A DNA stretch of 64,000 bases from Octopus bimaculoides. Lineage: Eukaryota. Where the stretch lies: positions 3,784,192 to 3,848,191 of the forward strand of contig NC_068984.1 in the NCBI RefSeq assembly GCF_001194135.2, read 5' to 3'. Shown here one piece after another: positions 40,229 to 53,009 of the stretch. The notes beneath the pieces are model-generated. The model saw only the letters and a list, made by a program, of their open reading frames with translations, had not been told where the DNA came from and searched no databases. The first letter of the stretch is position 1, and each line of letters begins with the position of its first letter. The position numbers and the translations under genes were made by a program.

Positions 40229-40839
40229 TTATGTATTGAAATATACACTGTACCTTATGAGTAATTCATAGTCTTCGGACAAAACATTTCTACGCTAGGT
40301 AACTTGGAGGTGAAAACTTTTATTAATTTCCGTTTCCCTTTGATATTATTAAGTATTATATGTTTTCTGGATAATTTTTGAATTTTAAAAGTTGGCATTT
40401 TTTTATTGCCGGCAAAGAGCTGCACCTGCGCAGTAGATCTGAAAAAAATAGGATGTATAAACGGGAGGCATGGAATCGATTGCCTCGTGTTTATATATTT
40501 TAGTTTTGGGTGTACTTGTTGATAACGACTTCACCTAGCAAATTATTCTAAAATAAAGTCAGAAACCAATTGGTGCAGGTGAACAGATGGTAAAAAGTTT
40601 TTTTATTTTTTCATTTCGTTCCCTTCGGAATTTTATCCCTAATTTTTGTGGTCCTGGAACCTAGCTGTTCTTTCTAGCATAAGGAATCCCATGAGTGGAT
40701 TCCTCTTATGTATTGAAATATACACTGTACCTTATGAGTAATTCATAGTCTTCGGACAAAACATTTCTACGCTAGGTAACTTGGAGGTGAAAACTTTTAT
40801 TAATTTCCGTTTCCCTTTGATATTATTAAGTATTATATG
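40229..40839. repeat. 477-bp-period direct repeat (one unit plus 134 identical bp); candidate PLE pLTR or non-LTR retrozyme
   Basis: 40229-40362 is identical to 40706-40839. Both copies lie on the same side of the gap at 40039-40228. Confidence 0.85.
40510..40584 (+). ncRNA. Variant type I hammerhead-like motif (U3-A8 core, GUG triplet)
   Basis: GUGUACUUG-UUGAUAA-C-GACUU[24 nt]AAGUC-A-GAAA-CCAAUUGGU-G-CAGGUGAAC. Helix III is the 10-nt perfect palindrome ACCAAUUGGU. Helix I has 6+2 bp. Confidence 0.6.
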
Positions 40840-40857
40840 GCTGATGTATATGTAGGT

Positions 40858-41237
40858 ACAGCCATGGCTGTCTCATAAGAAGTTTGCTTCCCAATCACAT
40901 CAATCTGGGTTCCATCCTACAGTGTGACACTGAGTAACTTCTACTGTAGTCCTGGGCCAACCAAAACTCTGAGTAGAGTTGATAGACAGACACTGAAAGA
41001 AGCCTATCCTGTTATATATATCTATATTTATGTGTGTGTTTGTCCTCCACCATCACTTGACAACTGGTGTTAGTTTTTCCATGTCCACATAACTTAGCAG
41101 TTCATCATAAAGACACTGACAGAATAAGTACTAGGCTTCAAAAGAATCACTTTTGGGGTCAATTTGTTTGACTAAACCTTTGAAGGTGGGTGCCCCAACA
41201 TGGCCATAGCCTAATGACTGAAACAAATGCTAAATAA
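40858..41237 (+). mobile_element. SINE family A, diverged
   Basis: ataagaagtttgcttcccaatcacat head through to the caacatggccatagcctaatgactgaaacaa tail. Confidence 0.8.
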
Positions 41238-42232
41238 AAAAAATGTGGGTATATATGGCAGTGTATATATTTAAATATTTGGTTGGAGATGGATGGATGG
41301 ACTGACAGATAGACAGACGTAGATAGGCAAATAGACAGACAGACAGCTAGACAGATCGTCCTGGCACCATGTGATGGTTGTCAACAAGAATCTCTGGCAT
41401 GCGATCAATGTTGTTTGTTTCCAGTGTTCCATGGAAAAACATATCTGGCCATGGGGAAATATTACCTTGCTTGGAAGCAGAAGGTTAGTGACAGGAAGGA
41501 CATCCAGCCAAAGAAAAATCAATGAAGCCAGTCTGACCCAGGCAAACATGGAAACACATGCATTAAAATGATGATGATGATGGTGATGGTAAGTATGTGG
41601 GCATAAAAATAAGAAAAGGGAAGGCCACAAGCGGAAGGCATATGGTTATATCCCAGATGTAAATTCTGCTCTATGGGACAAATGTGTAGATACTTGTATC
41701 ACAATGTATCAGTATTTGAAAATGAGCAGGAGGAATAGACAGACAGACAGGCAGACAGAGAGTGTGTGTGTGTGTGTGTGATGAATGTGCGTAGATGAGT
41801 GCAGTGGTGCTAGTTAGAAGTGTTGTTTTGCACATAACTGATGAATAGAGTGAAATTGTGAAGATTAGGGAGGGGAGCGAGGTGGAAGTGTGTTGAAGTA
41901 AGAAAAGCAAGTAAGGGTGGAAATTGCAAAATGAGGAGGGAAAGTTTAAACTAAACCCAAAAATGGGAGTANNNNNNNNNNNNTGAAGTAAGAAAAGCAA
42001 GTAAGGGTGGAAATTGCAAAATGAGGAGGGAAAGTTTAAACTAAACCCAAAAATGGGAGTAAAAGTGACATGAAGACAGGTCAAAGAAAATGATGACCAT
42101 GTGCACACACACACACACACACACACATACACACCAGACTCATATTTATAAATATACACAAATCTATATAAAAACATACACACACAGATTCATTTACTCA
42201 TAAATACAAACAGACACACACACACACACATA

Positions 42233-43073
42233 CAGGGTGTGGTGAATAAACTATAATCTAAATTACGCAAAAGTGAAAATAACATTGACAAACTCATTTT
42301 AACAGATATATTCACCAAAATTACATTAAAATAAAGAGTAAATTTATTCAATAAAATCGCCATTGGCTTCAACCACGGCCTCTTGATGACTTCGGAATCT
42401 CCTGCAACTCTTCAAGACAGTCTCCTTGTTTAAGTTGGTAAATGCTGCCATTATCCTTGCTTGCAGTTCATCTTTGATGTTACAAGGAGTTTTGTTGGTC
42501 TCTCACTCAACTGCGCCCCACACATAATAATCAAGGGGGTTGCAGTCTGGGGACTTAGGTGGCCAGATGTTAGGGGTGATGTGGTTGCAGAAATTGTCTG
42601 ACAGCCATGACTGGGTTCTACTGCTTGTGTGGCATGGCGCAGAGTCCTGTTGCCAGACATAAGGTCTTCCAGCAGCCACCCTCTTGACCCAGAGCAGCAC
42701 TACATCGTACAGGCATTTAATGTAGGCCTACATGTTGTGTCTGAGGATGTGTGAGAAGATGAATGGAGGCATAATGTTGCCATCACTAGTGATCACTCCA
42801 AACAACATGATGTCAACTGGATGTTTGATTTTTATCACTCTCGGTACATGTCCTCAGATTTGCACTCAAATGTTCGTATTGGAGCTTGCAGGACAAATGC
42901 CAAGCAGTGCAGCATGTCATTTCCAAATTTCTGGAAGACTGAATTGGATCACGGCGCTGGTTTTCTCACAGGCGGCACCCAACTGAACCTCATATATTGT
43001 GTAGTCAACAAAAATCAAAAACAAACAATGTGCATGTGCAAAATTAAAGTGACAATTTACCCATTGCACCCTG
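42233..43073 (-). mobile_element. Internally deleted DD37D (maT) Tc1/mariner transposon
   Basis: Imperfect TIRs cagggtgtggtgaataaact and aatttacccattgcaccctg. Transposase C-terminus VWQQDSAPCHTSSRTQSWLSDNFCNHITPNIWPPKSPDCNPLDYYVWGAVE has 37 residues between the 2nd and 3rd Asp. A short N-terminal piece is fused directly to it. Confidence 0.9.
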
Positions 43074-43074
43074 C

Positions 43075-43111
<37 letters not shown>

Positions 43112-45337
43112 TACACACATACACATACACATGTGTGTGTTTTTGTATCCCAACATAGAGATATAGACAAGCAAAATATGTATACAGTATCATGCCCCTA
43201 AAATTGCAGAGTCGCATATATTTATTGCTCCAGTTGCAAATGCATGAAAATGCATTAATACCTGAAAACACATTCTCAAATATTTATGAATCTCTTCATT
43301 TGCACTTGTTTCCTTGATTTGTTAAATATAATCAAAACTGAAACAATATTCACCAGAAATAATGGAAAAATATCACAAATTATATGAAATCTATCTACCT
43401 ATATATATATCATCTTGATTACAATGTACCAAAATAGATTTTATCATCAATAAAATAGAATATTAGTTATTGTTCCAAATACTTTTATGTCCAGTTTCTG
43501 GTTTAATGGTTACAGATTGAAACTAGTTAGACTTTGTCATTTGTTTTCTAATCTGTAAACATTTAATTCTGGCCTGTAAGTAAACTCTGTTTGCTGACAG
43601 AGGAAGAATGTTTTGAAGCAGGACACAATACCTGCAATCAAATTTCAACAAGATTATTTCAAAACATTACAAGATCATCACAATCAGTTAAATGAAATGA
43701 CGTCAACTTTAAGTTAGATATCATTAATATTCAATATTCTTTTTCTTCGGAAGAAAACTATTCCTCCTAAAAACTCTTCGGTCTAAGTATGTGAATCAAG
43801 GAATCTTTGTAGAAAAGACAAAAAAATATATTTTTAAATCAAAAAGATGCCATATGTATTTATAACACTTTCTCTAAAAAAAAATATACTACATTCATAC
43901 TGTAATCATATAGGTTAAATGATGCAAGGAATGAATGCAAATCATAACTAAATATTATAGATGTTTGGTTGAAAAGGTTCACCATACATACACATGTACA
44001 ATGTCTGCTAATATTCTGGTATTAGAAGAACTGCATCCATGACCAAATATTGTTAAATGAAGATCTGAACGGAATACATAAATATTATGAAACTAAGAAA
44101 GTTGTGAAAACAATTCCAAAAATCCAGCTATGGAAGACACAACTGGCGATCATGAGACACCAGATAAAGATCTTTAAAAGTTAGATTCAATCAGATTTAA
44201 GATTAAAACTTTATATGTTATAGTAATTAATGAATTTATAAGATATTTATTTACAATAAGCGGTGGTCATTATGAAATAAAAGAACAATTCCCCAGAGTT
44301 TAATTTTCAACAACAATCTTTTTTATGTTGGTGTAGATTAAATTGAGATATATATGACTGGAGTTTCAGAACAGTCTAAAGGAAAACAATTTCTGAAATA
44401 AAAACTAAGGAGACACAATGCTGAAACATGCCACGCAGGTAAAAATGTGTGCATGCGTGCGCACATGTATGTACGTATGAATGAGCAATTAAAACAAACA
44501 CATTAAGAGATCTTTAGAAAGTCTACTACAGCCTGAAACACTTGCCTACTTCAACAATTCAATCTGAACTGAGTCAGACTGCCTAAAAAAAACAAAAAAA
44601 AAAAACAACAGAAATATTTAAATAAAAATATGAAACAATGAAAAAAAATTATATCAAAGTTGAAGGCTAAAAGAAGAAAGCATTTCGACCAACTCAAGAA
44701 CCGAGTTTTTTTAAAATCTCTACAAGTGTTTTATAATTACATTTAGTGAATATAAATTGTCTTAATTCAGTTAGTATTTTGTCAAAAATAATCTCTAGAT
44801 AAACTATAAAGTAAAAAAAAATACTTTCATTTTAGAANNNNNNNNNNNNNNNNNNNNNNNNNNNNNNNNNNNNNNNNNNNNNNNNNNNNNNNNNNNNNNN
44901 NNNNNNNNNNNNNNNNNNNNNNNNNNNNNNNNNNNNNNNNNNNNNNNNNNNNNNNNNNNNNNNNNNNNNNNNNNNNNNNNNNNNNNNNNNNNNNNNNNNN
45001 NNNNNNNNNNNNNNNNNNNNNNNNNNNNNNNNNNNNNTATATATATTATATATATCATATATATACACACACACACTGACATGCATCGTTAATAGATCTG
45101 ACTGGAAGGGGGAAATTGCAGTTAAAGCAACACATTAAGCAGAGAGAAACAAGATTTAGTTTGTGTGTGTGAGTGTGAGTGTAAAAATGAGATTCTTACT
45201 TTAAAGCAAGTTTAAGAATAACAATGAAACAGTGGCTGGTTGAATAAGTTGTCAAGCAAAACTTTAAAAAAACAGTCCCAGCCAACGTAAATTTTACAAT
45301 ATATATCATCATCATTTAACATGTTTTCCATTGTGGC

Positions 45338-45368
<31 letters not shown>

Positions 45369-45932
45369 CACATAAATGCAAATATGTATATAAATAGAGA
45401 GAGAGAGAGAGAGAGGGGGTCATAAAGAAAGAAGAGGAAAACTCTTGGATATTTTTTACAGCTCGTGAGAATGGAGTAGCATTTTCTGCACACACACACT
45501 TTCAAAAAAGAAAACTGTCTATGAAATAATATAGATTTATTCATATGAAATATCTGTGACTTACTATGAGAGATTAACTAAAAGAAACTTCATTGATCGC
45601 AAAAGGTAATAAATAGATGATCACTGGAACTGTCATCCGGCAGAGAGGATGGGGAGTGGGTTATTCAGAAATGCTGCTGTGTGGGTTAGTTGCTATAGGT
45701 GATGGTTTCTCCTCCTTCATTAAAGACTTGCTCCTTCATCAAACATCAAGGGCAGCAAATCTCCATCAATGACACAGCTGAGAGATCTAATTAAATGACC
45801 AATACTTTTACTCCACATCCCTGATAAAAAAAACAACAACATCCCACTCTGCTACATCCACCAACCAATATCTTTGCAGCGGCTGAAGAGGGAAATAACT
45901 ATTACTAACAACAGTACTATAGGAAACATCTA

Positions 45933-46170
45933 CATTATCAACAGGGCACAGTTACTATTATCAATAGGACGTATTTACTATTATCAACAGGGCACAGTTA
46001 GTATTATCAATAGGACGTATTTACTATTATCAATAGGGCACAGTTACTATTATCAATAGGACATATTTACTATTATCAACAGGGCACAATTAGTATTATC
46101 AAAAGGACATATTTACTATTATCAATGGGGTACAGTATTATTAATAGGACATATTTACTATTATCAACAG
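45933..46170. repeat. Minisatellite of alternating 23-bp A/B monomers (46-bp higher-order unit), about 10.5 monomers
   Basis: A is tattatcaacagggcacagttac and B is tattatcaataggac(g/a)tatttac, in strict alternation. Confidence 0.9.
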
Positions 46171-46678
46171 TCTCTGCAAGAAGTGCATGAGCAAAGGATG
46201 TGACTCACAGTCAACTCTTAACTGCTAAATTGTGGCTGAGTATTCCATAAACTAAACAATCACACCACAGGCACCTTTTTAATCTAGCCACATTTACTAC
46301 TAAGATATTTTTGAGTTTCAAAGGGTCTCACAATTTTATTAAGGTTCATTTTATTTTCATATGGCTTGAAATTTAAGATGCTATACTTAACATGAACCAT
46401 TTTCAGGAACAGTTATTGTACAAGAAAAGTCACCATACTAAGATTCTGACCCATTTTGGTTTCATACTCTTTTCATCAAATAGGTTTTAGATGTTTTCTC
46501 ATCCTACATCATTTGACTGATGCCCTGGCAGTGTTTTCCAGTAATCATATAACCTCACTCAAATAACCAGCCTCAGTTGATGAAACCCTCACTTCTAACC
46601 AGTAACTAATCTAGCCATGGCTCACACTTCACGATCCATAGCCACATCAAGATCAAGTTATATATATCCATATATATA

Positions 46679-46750
46679 ATTGCGATATTCCAATAACAGA
46701 ATATCGCAATATTCCATAATCTGGAATATCCCAGAAACAGCTGTAAGACT
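46679..46750 (+). other. Rearranged hammerhead remnant (3' half only) with two hairpins
   Basis: GAAAC-AGCU-GUA (palindrome ACAGCUGU) at 46734-46745, preceded by hairpins attgcgatattc/gaatatcgcaat and atattcc/ggaatat. No CUGANGA. Confidence 0.4.
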
Positions 46751-47211
46751 TCGAATTTTTTCCGATAATAATAATGTATATGACTTGAGATGATTGCCTT
46801 GCCTTAACGTTTGTTGTCCTCTTTAACAATTATATTAATATATATCTTTAATTAAACATGCACACAGCAACAAGTGTAACATAGAAGATACTGTATAGTA
46901 CAGAAATGTGTTTAAAGGCATATATTTTACCTTTGACCCATTGATACATCATGTGGGTCAAAAAATATTTAGTAATCACCCCCACCCCCATCCACCTCTA
47001 TTATTGGCAAACTAAAAGAAAAAAACTTTGCAATGAGAGTCTTGAGATTTATGTAGGTAATTGAATTTATCTTGACATCTTGTGTGATTAGGTATTCAGT
47101 AAAATAAATGGTTAATGCAGTTTTGATCAATTTTACTCATTTACATCTACTTTAATAGCTTACACACACACACACACACATTCATATGTGTGTGGTGCAG
47201 TGTGTAAACAG

Positions 47212-47263
<52 letters not shown>

Positions 47264-48964
47264 ATCTATAAATGAATTGACATTGTAGTTGTTTTGTTAA
47301 TTTTACTGAATGACTTGCAAGAAATAAATCAGTTTATTATTGGGAGTTTTAAATAATGTCTCAATTTACAATTACAGATTCATGGGGAGACAACAACATA
47401 TGTAATATTATGCCACAGCTGGTCTAACAACTCTCTCTCTCTCTCTCTCTCTACACACATATATTCACCATTTTGTGGGTGACTGTTGCAACTGTTAACA
47501 AGTCATAAAATAAATCAAAGATTATTTTTGAATTCACAGACTTGAAATATCCAACAAAATTCTAATGAAATAACAACTCCATAAAAAAAGATATATCTAT
47601 GAGCCAGCAATAAATTGATTATAACTAGCAAAGAATATAACTGATTGCTTACATTTACAACCAGTTTTATCAAGAACAGAAGTTTTAAATCTAATCGGAA
47701 TAAACCCAAGAACATGTCTGGTACTTATTCTACGGATTCTGGGGGAGTCAAATCTAGCAGAATTTGAACTCAGTATATACAGGGACAAACCTTCAGGTTA
47801 ATATTTCTGTTACTCCTTGATCTTGATAGGTTTTAAATGATTCTCAGAAAAGTAATTTATACTACAAACCTATAAAAGCAATATGGTTATAAAACAGTGT
47901 GAGAAATAACTTAATAAAAAGGTGAGGACAAATTGTGTGATTCCTGATAGGAACATCAATTGACTCAACAATAGAAAACCTCAAAAATTTCAGCAAAAAT
48001 AACTCAAGAGAATACCTAAGGAGTGCATAAGGCTGCTATTTCTTAACAGTCCAGTTTTGTACTGTTTTTGCAGAAACTCTGAAGGACAGGATAAACAAAG
48101 GCTGAGTGGTTGAGTGTTGCTCAGAGACACAAGAAGACACTTGCGCAATGACTAGAGTCAATACTATTAACACTCAGCCTTCGTTATCGGCATCAGGACA
48201 CTGGAACTAATCCTTAATGACATCAACATATATCATTCTGTATTAATACTCCTAACAGACAATTTTCTATTAATTAAGATATGGTTTTTTAAGTTGACTC
48301 AGGAAATGCTGGTTTTGAAAACCTATACTATGAAGATTAGCATTCACACATTGGAGAGAAATCCATTTGCCATATGGCAGTTTAGTGGGAGGTTTTACAG
48401 ATATAAACTTTTCTAATCCTTTTTTGTAAACTGCAATGGTCTATGAGACTTGTTGTGGCTAAAAAAAATGGGGAATAGGCTTGAGTATATTATAAAAACA
48501 AAAATCTTGATCAAAGATGCAACTGTAACAGCTTGGGTGATGGGATAGAGACCTCAACTGATGTTTATCAGTTTCTCCTCTTGTCAGCAAATGTTTACAG
48601 AGAAGTTTTGTGGTCATTTCTCTATTTTGAGAAAGTGCAAAATAATTTGAGAAAATAAAAATGAGATGAATGGAAAGTGAAAGCAAAGATTAAGAATGGT
48701 AGATTGGAAATTTGGTTCAGAAAATTTGAATAGGAAAAGGTTTTATCACTTTCAACTGGCTGGAGATTGACCACCACCAGAGGAGAAAGTCTGAAGAATC
48801 AGCTTGTATTAATAATTAGTAAAAGGTTAGACAATTCACTGTCAGTGTTAATGATGAGCATTCGGCGGCGAAATTAATGTGGAAGCAACCAAGTAGTGTA
48901 TAGACATGTCTAGCTATAATATAATAGTCAGTACAAGAGAGAGAGAGAGAGAGAGAGAGGAAGG

Positions 48965-48998
<34 letters not shown>

Positions 48999-49887
48999 AA
49001 AGGAAGAGAGTCAATCTCAGTACTTTATTTATTGAGTCCAAGGAATGAAAGGTAAAACTGACCTCGTTGGGATTGGAACTGAGTGTGCAGAGATTCAGAT
49101 TAAAGACTGAAAAGGCTGTCTCACATGCTTAATGGCATACTCCTGATTCACTGCCTGATCAGAAAAACACAGTATACACACACATATATATATATATACT
49201 CAACTACAACATACTTGTTATTTGCTATATTTATTTGGTAAAAATTATATTTTATATCTCCTAGAGTTGCTATCTGATGTAAATTTGAAAATTTCATTTA
49301 AATTTTCCTCTATGATTATAATTCTCATCCAACATCCTGATTACCACCACCACCACCATCAACATCACTTTTACCATTATCACTGCGATCAATTTTGCAT
49401 TCAATAATCACATCTAACTTTCTAAATCAGAGAGAAATTTCTATTACTAAGGACTAAAATAAACTTATTCCTTGACTGACAGAAATGTTTATCTCTATCA
49501 ATATCTCGACTATCTTTCTAATTTAGTCCAACTGCTTACTATAGAGTTTTCTGTGGTCATGTGGTACAGCTTAAAAAAAAGTATAGGAAAATGGAAAAAG
49601 AATAAATAATCTATGAAATTTGTGATGCAAAATTTGATATTCTAATTTCTTCCAATTTTTCAACTAAGTTGGTAATTTAAATATTATAAAGAAAATAAAT
49701 ATATTGCTGCTTCTTGTTGTTTCAGCTCAGGTAAAAACAGTTTTAGCAAAAGCTGAAAATTTGAATCAGAAGAAACAGAACGAAGGTATTAGCTGTTATA
49801 TATGTTACTATTTTTAGAATATATAACAGAATACCAGTTATATATCAGACAAAAATAGTTATAAAAACTGAGAACTACAATAATATA

Positions 49888-50043
49888 CATCATCATCATC
49901 GTCGTTTAATGCCCGCTTTCCATGCTGGCATGGGTTGGACAGTTTGACTGAGGACTGGCGAGCCAGAAGGCTGCACCAGGCTCCAATTTGATCTGGCAAA
50001 GCTTCTACAGCTGGATGCCCTTCCTAATGCCAACCACTCTGAG
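49888..50043 (-). mobile_element. RTE 3'UTR-type repeat
   Basis: catcatcatcatcgtcgtttaatgcccgctttccatgctggcatgggttggacag... Confidence 0.85.
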
Positions 50044-51925
50044 AATATGCAAACTAACAAAAAAATTTCCCCTAAGTTAAATGTTTGAAAGAGAAAAAAG
50101 AAAAACAAGGAATACGTTTTGTATGTATGTATATGTATATATGTGTGATATGATATATATAGTTATTTTTACTAATTGATTTTACTAATTTGATTTTTCA
50201 AATTTACAAATATTATACTAATATACTNNNNNNNNNNNNNNNNNNNNNNNNNNNNNNNNNNNNNNNNNNNNNNNNNNNNNNNNNNNNNNNNNNNNNNNNN
50301 NNNNNNNNNNNNNNNNNNNNNNNNNNNNNNNNNNNNNNNNNNNNNNNNNNNNNNNNNNNNNNNNNNNNNNNNNNNNNNNNNNNNNNNNNNNNNNNNNNNN
50401 NNNNNNNNNNNNNNNNNNNNNNNNNNNNNNNNNNNNNNNNNNNNNNNNNNNNNNNNNNNNNNNNNNNNNNNNNNNNNNNNNNNNNNNNNNNNNNNNNNNN
50501 NNNNNNNNNNNNNNNNNNNNNNNNNNNNNNNNNNNNNNNNNNNNNNNNNNNNNNNNNNNNNNNNNNNNNNNNNNNNNNNNNNNNNNNNNNNNNNNNNNNN
50601 NNNNNNNNNNNNNNNNNNNNNNNNNNNNNNNNNNNNNNNNNNNNNNNNNNNNNNNNNNNNNNNNNNNNNNNNNNNNNNNNNNNNNNNNNNNNNNNNNNNN
50701 NNNNNNNNNNNNNNNNNNNNNNNNNNNNNNNNNNNNNNNNNNNNNNNNNNNNNNNNNNNNNNNNNNNNNNNNNNNNNNNNNNNNNNNNNNNNNNNNNNNN
50801 NNNNNNNNNNNNNNNNNNNNNNNNNNNNNNNNNNNNNNNNNNNNNNNNNNNNNNNNNNNNNNNNNNNNNNNNNNNNNNNNNNNNNNNNNNNNNNNNNNNN
50901 NNNNNNNNNNNNNNNNNNNNNNNNNNNNNNNNNNNNNNNNNNNNNNNNNNNNNNNNNNNNNNNNNNNNNNNNNNNNNNNNNNNNNNNNNNNNNNNNNNNN
51001 NNNNNNNNNNNNNNNNNNNNNNNNNNNNNNNNNNNNNGCTGGTGTTAAAACAGGGGTAGCTGATGAAGGAAAATGTTCTCTATGTGGCTTGTGTGTTTTT
51101 TGTACTCTGGTTATTATTATTTCTTGTCTACGTTTTGTTTGCAATGTCCTGTACCCAGATATGCACCTATATATACAGGTAGACGTAGGTATGCACACAC
51201 CTGTACGTATATATGCATATACTCATTTATTATTTGTTTTTATATATATATATATATATATATGCATGCACACACACAAGTGTGTGTGCATACACGTTTG
51301 CTCCCCATCAAAGTAATGGGAACAAACACACCAACAACCTGTGTTGGTGTGTTTACATCCACTTAACTTAACAGTTCACCAAAAGAGACTGATAAAATAA
51401 GTACCAGGCTTGTAAACTCACAATCTGAAGTTTTTTTTTCTATTCATTTTAAGGAAGTCCAATTGATGTTGAAGTCACACTTGCTTTTCTTCTTAGTAAC
51501 GAGATTCAATTTAATTGATTATACTTATTATAAACCAAGGGACTTTAGCAAATGTAAACAATATTTGTTCAAAGTATGCAGAAGATAAATTGGAAATTCA
51601 GAAAAAAAAAAAGTTAAAAGATTCAGTATTTCTGCAAGTCACCAATTTAGTGCTGTGGGGCAAGTAACGAAGAAAAATAAGAAAATAAAACATGAAAAGT
51701 TTCTTGGAGCACAAAAGGACACAAAAAGGTATTTTAATGAATTGAAAAATATTGCATTTGAAGGGGAAACTAAGCTGCTGATATAAGAATTATAGCAGGT
51801 TGTGGATAATAAGGAAAAATATGTTGGAGATATTAAGGGAAAGAAACTAAATACAGAGGGAAAAATGAAAGGAGGAAGTGATGGTAATGTTATCTATTAT
51901 GATAAGACTTTCTCTCTACTCTCGT

Positions 51926-51961
<36 letters not shown>

Positions 51962-53009
51962 GTATGGGTAACAATAGAGAAGTACATCACTTCATAGAAA
52001 TCTGTAATTGCTCTGCAAGTGGGCTGTTAGGTCAGTGCCAGCACTGTTCCAGTCAGAAATAATTGTGTTAAGTGGCTGCAACCAGATGGCAAAGGATATC
52101 ATTAAATTAAGTAGCACAGGTCAACAGCAATGCACTGCTCTGGCAATAGACAGTATTTACTGGCCTCCCTTTAGTTCAAGAAGAGGCACCAAAATGGTGA
52201 GATGCAACAGAAACCTCTGAAACACACACACACACAAAAAAAAAAAAAAAAAGGACAGCACTTTATGAAGACAGTCATTATTTCTAGACTGTGATGGACT
52301 TTGATCTGCTCCACGATTTACTGGGAGTTTCTTCTTTTACTTCCTCTTTTTTTTCCCGTTTTTTTTTTTCATTAATTTTTTTTTTTTTTTAGAGCTGGAG
52401 GAAGGAAAGTATAGTTGTAAATTAAATGGCTTGAAACAATTTAAGAGATGGATTATTAGTTGAAAGAGAACTATAGAAGAGATAATTGCTGCAAGAGTGA
52501 AACAAAAACAAAACAAAACAAAAAAAGAAAGAAAGAAAATGGCCATTTTTATCTGTCTACTCAGGAGTGAGGTAAAAAGTGATAATATTTCTTTTGCCTG
52601 TCAAAATAACAAGCAAAGGGTGAGAGAGAGAGAGAAGGGGGGAGGTGCTCCTGGCCAATATACATAACCAACTGTGTCTGACTGACAAAATAAGTCTCAC
52701 TCCTACTTTACACATGAATGCTTAACAATAACACATCGTTCTAATGCAAGAAAAAAAAATGATCCAGTGAAATAGATGTAAACCAATGATTCACACACAC
52801 AAAGATATAAATATGCACACACACACACACACACACACACACGTGATATATTTGAAAGTAAGCCTGAGAAGCACTTAGTGAGCCAGGTTTGTGGTATAAG
52901 GCTGAAAAGGTCCAAATGAATCTCTTTAAGCACTTCATACTTTTTTTTCTCTTTCATTTTGTCCCCATTATTTTCACAGGGTGAGTCAAGACACAGGAGC
53001 AGAGTATGC

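Noticed and set aside
40229-40300. Minus-strand CCGAAGA plus hairpin in the 477-bp unit as a second hammerhead
   Set aside because: The hairpin is not followed by GAAA and no consistent three-way junction could be built.
41894-42061. 78-bp exact direct repeat
   Set aside because: The copies flank a 12-N gap; assembly artefact.
45933-46170. CRISPR-like repeat-spacer pattern
   Set aside because: The intervening units are themselves repeated rather than unique spacers, the context is eukaryotic, and there are no cas genes.
51054-51110. CUGAUGAAGG right after the large gap
   Set aside because: No downstream GAAA or palindromic helix III on the same strand. It may be a PLE tail fragment, but I cannot support that.
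50190-51198. Longest ORFs in the track (289 and 326 aa)
   Set aside because: Almost entirely N-gap translated as X. The same applies to the ORFs at 16920-17636, 22774-23088, 39943-40271, 44804-45086 and 59346-59993.
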